Shown here: piece after piece, positions 54,380-64,000 of the stretch
How the letters are laid out: the number at the start of each line of letters is the position of its first letter
How positions within the stretch are numbered: position 1 is the stretch's first letter
Assembly (NCBI GenBank): GCA_040954595.2
Contig: CM082598.2
Location: forward strand, 6,463,097-6,527,096
Reading direction: 5' to 3'
Source of the DNA: Balanoglossus misakiensis
Lineage: Eukaryota; Animalia; Hemichordata
DNA length: 64,000 nt
Notes under the pieces: model-generated
What the model was told of the DNA's origin: nothing
The model's database searches: none
What the model saw: the letters and a program-made list of their open reading frames with translations, nothing else
Made by a program: the position numbers and the translations under genes

Positions 54380-56830
54380 AAAGGTCGGCTGAGGGTACCC
54401 AAAAATTGGGCCAAAAATTTTGATTCCTATTTGGTTCATATTCAAGACAACGGAACATCCTCGCCCTTTGGGTTTGTCAAATTAGGTATGGCCATAATAA
54501 TGAGTTACGCAAGTAAGTTACAGGTGGCCGCAGACATTTAGCATTTCATGACGGTCCTACCCTACCCCTCCAAACACCTGGCTATATATGCTGTGCATGC
54601 TAACATATGGAAAGCAGGTCAATGGACACCTGAGGTCATTCAAAAATTTGACAAGAAAATTTCATTCCTGTTTATGTCATGTGCAACGAATCCTACATTT
54701 GCAGCCCTTTCACTTTGCCTACCATTAGGTATGCACGTAATACATGAATCAAGCAGGTGTCACAGGTATCCCCCTGTATTTGGCATTTCATGATAGTTTC
54801 ATCCCTCCAAATACCAAAAGCTGCACCTGTACAATGTGCTGAGATATGGCACTGTACGACAGAGGTCATCCAAATCACCTTATACATTTGGGCAAAACCA
54901 ACTGACATTGTCCTTGTGGAACAAAAACCACACCTATCGCCCTGTTGGTTAGTGTCCAATTAAATGTACAAAATCAATGACTTAGGCAGGTGCAACAGGT
55001 GACCCCGCCTTGGTATATCATTATGGTCCTATCCGTATATGCCCCCCCCCGCCAAAGCAGCATGCATCTGCTGTGGATGCTCACTAAGCAAAAGTAGGTG
55101 AAATGTCACATAAGGTCGCCACCAACTTGACAGGAAAATCGGACTTCATATTGATCCATGTGCAACAAATACCACGCTAGCATCCCTTTTCATTGACCCC
55201 ACAATTACGCATGCACATAATTGAGTTATGCAGGTGTCACAGGTGACCCTCGAATCGGGCGTATTATTTTGGTCCCATACAGCTGCATGAAGCTGCGTGC
55301 CGTTACGGGTGACTTGATAACACCCACGGCCACCTGCGGGCCTACCCCATACTGAACGTCCAGTTGCAACGTCACAACTGAAGTAGGAACTTTTGAACGG
55401 CATCGAAGCCTAATCTCTGATTATTGCAGGTACCATACTCCCTTCGTGCAAGAAAATCACTGGTCTGCTTACGTATTTCGGCCGATTTCCAGAACTACTA
55501 CCCACTACATGTGACTACCATGCTAATGCAACCTCCAGTCCCACAACTGAGGGTCAAAGTCCGCCGCTAATCAGTGTAGCCGGGTCTGCGTAGCGACATT
55601 TGAACGGCAACAGCTAACAAACTCAGCGTAATTCAATAAAACGCCCTAACACAGCCTGAACTCCGATTATGTGTTGTCCCAAAATTCACTGGTCTGTTTA
55701 CGTATTTCAGCCGATTTTCCAAGGACTACTGCAACCGCCAGAAGTGAGTACCCTGCTAATGAGACCTCCACAACATTACGTAATGACAGTCAAAGTCCGA
55801 TGCCCCAGTGTTCGTCCTCAGCCCACCAAAAATGCGAAAAATATTACAAAAATCTTCTTGTCAAAATTGACGTTGCCTAGGACCTTGAAATTTGGCACAG
55901 GGGTTTTTGGCCACATGCTCTGCAAAAATCACGAAAAGAATGTACATGCCCCCATTAACGTGCAAATTAGGTCAATTTGAAAATTTCGCTTGATTATAGC
56001 CACCAAGTCACGTGACTAATTAAAATTCAAAGGGCAGGTGCACCAGTACTCATGGGCCCTAACCACCGTGCCAAGTTTCATAAATACAGAGGCAAACTCT
56101 GAGAACAGTACGGCCGAAAAAACGACTCCAGAAGAAAGAAGAAATATAGCTGCAAGCAGCGATGACGGGCCCGAGCTTAAGCCGAAGGTCAAAGGTCATA
56201 TGTGGTCACCCAAAATTTGGGCAAAAAGTTTTGACCCCAATACTAGTCCAGGTCCAACAGAAACCAGACCTCAAGCCCTATTGGGTTGTCTGAAATTAGA
56301 TATGCGCTCAATTAATGATGTAAAGTGTAAGACTCCATTAGGAGTTCCATGCCTCCAAACACAAATGCTGTACCTGTTCTGGATGCCCAGATATGGTAAA
56401 GTAGGTCAAAGGTCACGTGAGGTCATCCGAAATTTGGGCAAGAAATTTTGACCCCATACTGGTCCATGTCCCACAAGAAAAAACCTCTAGCCCTTTTGGT
56501 TCGCCTGGAATTAGGTATGCACATAATTAATGAGATAAGCAGGTGTCACACGTGACCCCCAATTTTGGCTTTTCAATTTTAGTCCCAACCCTGCAATCGC
56601 CAATTCAGTACCTGCTCTGGATGCCGAGATATAGGAAATTAGGTCAAAGGTCACCCGAGGTCACCCAAAATGTAGGCAAAAATGTCTGACCCCCATACTG
56701 GTCCATGTCCCACAAGAACAAAACATGTAGCCCTAATAGTTAGTCCGGAATTAGGTATGCACATAATTAATGAGTTAAGCAGGTGTTACAGGTGAGCCCA
56801 AATTTTTTTCTTTTATTTTGGTCCCATTCA
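54380..56830. repeat. Interspersed repeat region with degenerate ~230-240-bp internal tandem units
   Basis: AGGTCAAAGGTCA...GACCCC..ATACTGGTCCATGTCCCACAAGAA...GGAATTAGGTATGCACATAATTAATGAG recurs at ~56185, 56402 and 56641; 55455-55565 resembles 55685-55805. Confidence 0.65.
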
Positions 56831-57922
56831 GCTCACGGGCCACTAGACTGTCACTGTACAGGACAATTGCACAGACGTGACCATAACGTCATAGCTTAAC
56901 TATAGAAAGTATAGGCCTATGGGTGGGTCCACAAATATGACAAATAATAAGGGGTTATTACACGAATTTGGGTCGATAACGCGTCGTATTCGAGTGATGT
57001 CCGTATTTTGACGAGTTGCGCTTCGCAGTGAGTCAAAATACGGACATCACGGACATCATACATGCCTACCTATAAAACAGTACGATTTGCGAAAATGCGC
57101 CGAGAAAAACAATTTCAAATTTGATCCGTGCGCCCTGGGATCACGGCAGTAGCCATGTTGTGACGTATGACGTGTGGGCCGTAGTATCATTTTAAAGGGG
57201 TTGGCAGCTTTCATTACGATGGGCACATCCGCATTCTAAATAAAATTGTCTACGTTCTCTTTCAAAATATCATGTTAACAATTATTTAGCAGACACGGAC
57301 AATTTCTATTTGCTGACCATTACCACACCACACTCTGAGGCAACACTAGTACTCTGTTCGATTGCAGAATAGAATATTAGAATATTTTGACTCAAACCAC
57401 CGTGAGCCATACTTTTTAATTGGAGGGATATATGGAGCAGTCGAGTCCTGTTTGAGGCCTGTATGTGTATTGAAAAAATGAAAACGATTGTAAACAATTT
57501 GACAAAAAACAGACATTCTATTTCTAGTAAATGAAAGTGCATGTAAATTTGACTTGAATACATAACATCTTAAAGTCCCAATAGCTTCCATTTTTTTTTC
57601 ATCGTTTAACTTTCGACATTAGAATTGTCCATTTAAGTCAGTTAACTGGTAGGCACACATATCAGCAACCTCTGATTGTGGCTGTTAATTTAAATATGAA
57701 ATTCAAAAATAAATGGGTGTCGCACCCGTTTATTCAACTAGCAATTACAAGAGTACACAACTATTGTGGTGTGTGCACACGGTTAAACGATTCTCCACAA
57801 TTTTTGGATTGAACTCGAAATAACGCATGGGTGCATAAGATGGTAAGATATGACGTGGGTGATATCAATCGTTTGGACGAACAAGACCGAGAGATTGCGT
57901 CTGTTGCTGCGGGGATGTGACG

Positions 57923-59746
57923 CTATTCTTCACAAATCCAGTAGTTCTTCGAAGATTTACAATCTTCAACTTTCAGTCTCTTTTTATTGCCGATTTTTAT
58001 CAGCTGAACGCAGCCAACCCCGTCTTCCGGCGGGTCTCCGTCAGCCCATAACTTGTAGCCACCTGTATCACCGTCAAGCCATTGAAGCTATTTTTTACAC
58101 AGACAAAAAAAACAAGGCAAAGTTTCAGCGAATCTACAAAAAATATTTTCCATATTTTTGTATGTGCGAAATGTGCGCTGATAGTGGCATATATTCATTT
58201 ATCGACAAAATAGTGGTTCCATATATTGTGTGTTATATACAGAATATCTAATCCGCTTCAAGACATAGAAAAACTGTATTCGGCTCTCGTAACAAATATT
58301 CCGAAAGAAATCATTGGAAATAAACAGTATAAAAAGGTTTCTGAGACAGGAAAGGGTGCATGGGGAAGTTGTCATCACAATTTATAGACTGCCTATAGCC
58401 AGAAAAGAGAATGCTATACAGCGGATTGGGAGATCATCAACATGTAACATGTACACCAACAGATTTGTAAATTAAATTTGTTTCAAATGACTTCACCGAA
58501 ATTCGCATGCACACTTGTGAAGCGACGGTAAAAGTCTTTATTCTCATCACAAACAGACACTAAGACGGACAGAGAAAAGGACAGACAAACAAACAACACT
58601 GCGATCATACCTTTCCATCAATTGTAGCTGTCCTCAACCCTATCCAGTACGGGTACTGGTCATCTATGTTAGTCAATTCTGTCAAAATCTCGGTGAATTT
58701 GTTCTCGTCATCGAACTTGACCAGACTACCGCCAATGCCCTGGCATTTATCTTTCGCGTCACGCCAGTTATATTTCGATTTGCCCGCACAGACTGTGTAC
58801 GATCCCAGTTGAACGATTTTACGGCAGAGATTGTTTGCTGAAAAATAATCACACACTTCGGTTCATTTTCTGCATAAAAACATACATTCGGCATTGTTCA
58901 GGACGACCCTGCCGACCAATACATGATATTTCAAAGTCAATTGAAAGTATGATTGTTTACCATGAGGTACATTGAAACACAAAGTAACATGACAGACATG
59001 TACATTGTAGCAGATACACTACAGTGTTATACAAAGTATCAACATCATTGGTTGCAGTGATGTTCATTGTAGCAGTTACACTTTTCGGCTTCTATGACTT
59101 GCTAGCAACTGTATCGTTTGGGACCAACACCAAGAGACGGAGGCAAATTTGGAGTCAAAGGAATATTTTTGAAGTCCAACCAGGTGTTCATCTTTAATTC
59201 TTTAAGATGGAAATATCTAGGGATTCTTTGAATGCCCGGGTTATGTAGGAGAACACTTTTTTAGTCAAATGGGCGTCGACACTTTTGAAGTCAACCCAGA
59301 TGGAGACACTCGCCCTTTTATAAGTGGCTTGGGAAAGATTTCAAGAGAGAGACAGCAAACTAATTCGCGACGGTGAGACTACACATACATGTACAGGGAA
59401 TAAATCAGCTCTGCTGAAAAATATCACGAAGACGAGCGTTGCGATGTCGCTGTAGGAACATAAACAGCACAAGTCACAGTGACCCGGTTGACCCGGAAGT
59501 GTATCTCGGTCTATCCCACAACTCAATGAGACTTTCCAAGATGGCGGAAATACAATGTTAGCCTCTATGCAACTAGGTGCTATGTGCTAGATAGACAAGA
59601 ATAGTACCTACGTAAACATTTTGGGGTCGGTTCCCACTGTCCTTTATTACAGGTTATAGTCTTATGTTCCGGATCGTGAAAGCACGTGCACACACAACAG
59701 TGAAATAACATACATACATACATACATACATACATACATACATACA

Positions 59747-59780
<34 letters not shown>

Positions 59781-62772
59781 CATACATACATACATACATA
59801 CATACATACATACAGACACACACACACACAACACATACATGTATATTACCTTTGCAAACAGGCAGTGGATTTGACCATTCACCTTCAATGCACATGCTTG
59901 ATTGATTTCCGACCAAAGTGTAAAATATCTTGGCTGTTTCGTTCCACTCACACGTGAATGTCAGATAGCCAGTTCTTACAACAGTCACATGACCATTCTC
60001 TATCGTTCCCGGATCTGAGCAGTCTGTGGAGCAAAAAACATCAGTTTTCACTTCAACGTTTGAAAACCATGCATGGACAATTCGATTGGCTCCTTGACTT
60101 GTGAATCAGATTTGTGATAGTTCATATAAATTCCATGCCAAGATAAGGCTATGAAGTTGAACACAGATAAGGAGGCGAACTGGACACCATGGTAGATTCA
60201 TAGAACATAAATTCTGAAAAAAAGATAGTCTACAGTTACAGATGATCTACTTACTGAAATGCACAAGCGATTTCCTACATGGCTTTTCTTCTCGATCAAC
60301 GCCTGCGCAGTCTGCACCTCCGTCTGCAGGTGGTGGAGTGTCACATTTTCTGGTGCGCGTGCGCACATTCCACCCACAATCGGCTGGACAGGATCCCCAC
60401 GGAGACCACTTGCCCCATGCACCATCGCCTTTAAGAAGTGAAACACGAGCGATTACTTTTTATATCTTGATAAATCATTAAAAATACACGATAATCATAC
60501 AAACTGCTGTCTTGCTTGTCTTTCAACACTCCCTTAGCTGTGACAAGGCCATCTCATCACTACATGTATAGGCCTACATTCTATCTGCTCACATTTCAAC
60601 ACTCGGGCACATTTGTTACTCACCAGAATTGCACCCCACCGCATCTGGACGACGAGCACAGATATCTGTACCAGCCAGAGCTTCCTGCTTGATAGCCTCG
60701 ATAATCTTGTTCGCTGCGGCCCCGCTTACTGTCGGTTGGCAAGAGGGAAAATGTGTCAATATAGCATCTCAAAAAGGACAATCGCAATTAACAATATTTG
60801 GTAACTTAAGCGTTTTCCACATCACTTAGACCCAAGCTAAAGACCTAAAGAATCACCTCCAATTTACATATACCCAAATATGAATGAATGTGTGTGGGTA
60901 AGTCCTACGCACTTATCTGGCCCTCACTACCATAAACGACGTTGAATTTATTGTGATCAGTATTTACCTTCACAAATATGCACAAAACAAAAACGGTACT
61001 ATCACTTTAACATGCTGTATACAATGTACCAAGGTTCTGCCCAGCCTTGCATCACTGAGAGCTGGTCGGATAATTAATATTCATGAGCTAATTAATATTC
61101 ATCAGAAATACTATAGGGGCCGGACATAAAATTAAAAAACTCACCGAGGGCGCTGCGAGTATCACAAGGCACAGTTTCATTGTCATGTCCCGTACACCCA
61201 ATATCAACATTGGGAGTTCCGCCGAAGAGGCACTCGCGAGTTCTATTGCGGCGACCGACCAAGCCGCCTCCTGGCACTGGTTCACATGGAGCCAGACTCC
61301 ACATTGACCAAACTAGAACAAACAATAACAAAATTGACGACTCTAGTAGTATGCTCGATCAGTTTCACATTGAACACAAAATTATCACTGGGAAAACTTG
61401 CAAAAAGACAGCTATGTTTGCAATGAAGTGTGTTGTACGAGGACGGTAGGGCAATTCTGACTCACCCGGACAAATATGCATGTGACACTTCTGGTAGTCT
61501 GTACGACGACTCGCACAGGAGTTTCCGCCATCTCCGGTGACCGGGCTGTTGCACTCTCGTGTACGGGTTTGATATCCGGCGTTACACGACGCCGTACAGT
61601 CGGACCAGGAGCTCCAATCGCCCCAGCCGCCGTCAGTCACTGGAGCACAATGAAAGAAAGAAAAAAAACATAAGCGAGAAACTTCTCATTTCGCACATGA
61701 CTTAACATTCTTTATTCGCCGCTGCTCCATCTGAAGCCTTGAGTTGTTCAACATCTCTCGGAATATAAATCAACTTCTCATGGAAACTCCATTGAAAAGT
61801 TTTAATTGCATAATTGTTTATATTGTAGTTTTAAAAGGGGCGATTAAAATGTTGGGTAAAAGTAGTGGACAGTTCATGAATGACGTTCCCCGAGCCCGAG
61901 CGACACTCAGCAATACACATTGCATATAATTAATCACGTTTAATTTATTAAGAGAATAATATTTTTGCTCCTCAATTTTCTAACTAGCAACACAGTTAAT
62001 TTGCTGACATTTAAAATCAATAAGATCTTGAATTTCACAATGAATACATCTAATCGATTTTTCTTTTATCAGTAAATAGAATGTACGTTTCTCGAGTATC
62101 GGTCCACCGACCCCACTGATATGTTGACTGTATACAGTAGCGAACTCATTAACAAAGTTATACTTTCAGCGCCTTTGGAAATAACTTTGTTATTGATTCT
62201 GGCGCTTTATAAATGTTTGTTTTGATTGATTTGATTTGAAAGTAGTATTTGCATTTCTCATTGTTCATAATTTGCATAGTAATTAAATGCTATGTTAATG
62301 AGTTCTTGTGTTTCCCAAACTTTTGAACACGGAGCAATTTCGATTCCTTGTTAATACTCAGCTGAGAAGAATGTCTTTCTCTATGAGAAAGTAATTAACA
62401 TTCACATTTCCAATATTTGTCGATCATTTCGCATGACGCGCCGTGTCTTGATCCGATCCAGCAAAATTGGACAATATGTAACAATATGTATAAATGTATT
62501 GATGTTTTGAACTTGGGTCGCACACCCCCCGTACGAAAACTATGGGAGTACCCTTCCCCCTACCCGGGGGTTCCACACAGGCAGAGTCACAGCTCTGAAC
62601 CGCCGTCCACAAGACTGACCATATACCCGGTAAACGTACCTGGTATGTTGCAAGTTGGTCCAATAAAGCGACTCCCCTCCCTGCAGATACAGGAAAAAGT
62701 ACCGCTGGTAGGGTTTTCTAGGCACCGTCCTCCGTTCAAACAAGGTTGACTGGCGCACGGTCTTGCTCTTGC
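57923..62772 (-). CDS. Extracellular mosaic protein EGF - TSP1 - TSP1 - linker - TSP1 - sushi/CCP - C-type lectin; spliced, 5'-partial
   Basis: Exons 62772-62640 (CASQPCLNGGRC..FSCIC..FIGPTC), 61639-61466 (WGDWSSWSDCTASC..RTREC), 61312-61145, 60728-60624, 60428-60255 (WGKWSPWGSC..RTRTRKC), 60023-59850 (CSDPGTIENG..GEWSNPLPVC), 58837-58611 and 58087-57923 (WRDAKDKC..YWIGL..LQWLDG..GCV..DC..WICEE*). All phases are compatible. Confidence 0.88.
59612..59698 (-). pseudogene. Dead, internally deleted second sushi exon
   Basis: VCARAFTIRN in one frame and TITCNKGQWEPTPKCL|gtaggt in another. No in-phase AG acceptor. Confidence 0.6.
59709..59814. repeat. (CATA)n microsatellite
   Basis: Read directly. 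Confidence 0.97.
62165..62240 (+). mobile_element. L2-type LINE/SINE 3' tail fragment
   Basis: CAGCGCCTTTGG...TGGCGCTTTATAAATGTTTG...(TTGA)n, same architecture as the tail at 15720-15790. Confidence 0.5.
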
Positions 62773-62889
62773 CTGAAATACATTATTCCGTCTGACTAAG
62801 TATACTCACCCACATATACTACACATCAGATTGGCGTAATTTCCATGCAATAGCCACAGAATGATAATATTCAACGTATAGTAATTATG

Positions 62890-63860
62890 ACGTCAAACGC
62901 ATTCCTTTTAAAATCCCAATGTTTTACTCGGATATTTTGACACATTTTTTTGGAACTGAAAACCGTGGAAATTCATACAGCCCAGGAGGTCATATGGAAT
63001 AACAAATATGTTACTGTCGATGGGAACACCATGATATTCTAAAAAAATGGTTCCAACAGGGTATTAAGTACATAAGTGATTTCTTTAATGTCACTGGTGC
63101 TCCACTGCCCTGGCAGGTGTTTAAGGAAAAGTTTAACGTCAATGTAGATTTTATAACATATAGTGGCGCTATCTCCTCAATACCAAAGAAAACGGAAAGA
63201 ATCATTGAGAAATGGAAGTTCCAGCAACTGATGAAAATACACAAGAATATCTTGAAAAATATCAAATTCGAACAGGCACCACAAAGGAATTCTACGAGAT
63301 GTTTAAGCAAAACAAGTTTCTCCCACCCACTTCAGAAAAAAAGTACTCTAAAATGAATTATGCGCAAAACGTTAACTGGACAAAAATATGGAAACTGCCA
63401 TTTGAAACCACAAAAGAAATGAAATTGAGAGTTTTTCAATTTAAAATCAATCACCGCATACTAGCTACAAACCTTTTCTTAATGAATAATAAAATAAAAG
63501 ACAGCGATAGCTGTCAACACTGCAATTTGCAGTTTATAAAGCATGTATTCTGGGAATGTAGCGAAGCCAGAAAATTTTGGACCACCTTTCAAAAATTCTA
63601 CCAGTTTAAAACAAATCAAATAATCACACTATCTTGTCGAGATGTCCTTTTTGGTGTCCTTCCTCAAAACAGAAACTCACTATTAAACCATTTATTAATT
63701 ATAGCCAAGTACCATTTATATGCAATCCGTTTTTAAATGAGAAACCGTCTCTTGCTGTCTTCATTGAAAAAGTTAAAAGTATTGTAACCTCAGAAAAAAA
63801 TATTGCAAAGAAAAATGGAAATATCAATCTTTTTCACACGATAAATGGAAAGTAATCCTG
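62890..63860 (+). mobile_element. Degenerate Tx1/L1-clade LINE ORF2 C-terminus (zf-RVT region), 5'-truncated and frameshifted
   Basis: NWTKIWKLPFETTKEMKLRVFQFKINHRILATN..CQHC..KHVFWECSEARKFW..LLNHLLIIAKYHLY, split across frames; T-rich 3' region. Confidence 0.88.
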
Positions 63861-64000
63861 CCACTGTGATGTCTTCAGATTCTCGATTATGACAATTGTT
63901 ATTCTTGTTTTTGATTTGTTTTTGCTCTTTGTCCTCCCCTTCCTTTTGTTTTTGTTTTTTTGTGTTTTTGACTTCCCTTGCTCTGTATTCCTTATTTTTT

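Noticed and set aside
56994-57050. 19-bp perfect hairpin as an ncRNA or terminator
   Set aside because: Looks like the subterminal palindrome of a non-autonomous DNA element; no RNA-family features

Overview
AT-rich, intron-rich animal genomic DNA. A marine invertebrate deuterostome such as a hemichordate is my guess from gene and repeat content, not a proven assignment. Bases 1-10412 are a 157-bp satellite (~66 monomers, higher-order structure) that appears to lie inside an intron of a + strand DAPK-type Roco gene (ankyrin exons - ROC GTPase - COR - death-like domain; visible exons 10910-23429, 5' end outside the window). Both complete ankyrin exons sit in a duplicated cassette [satellite - flank - 96/99-nt phase-0 exon]. 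On the - strand I reconstructed two spliced genes by hand. One encodes signal peptide - C-type lectin x2 - GAIN (53711->36549), with its stop codon at the GPS cleavage position and no transmembrane region seen. The other is an EGF-TSP1x3-sushi-C-type lectin mosaic gene (62772->57923, 5' end outside). The rest is transposon-derived: L2 and Tx1/L1 LINE fragments, a solo LTR, TTAA-flanked, CACTA-like, Academ-like and Tc1 non-autonomous elements, and a gag-like CCHC relic, plus mini- and microsatellites. All exon models are manual predictions with no transcript support.
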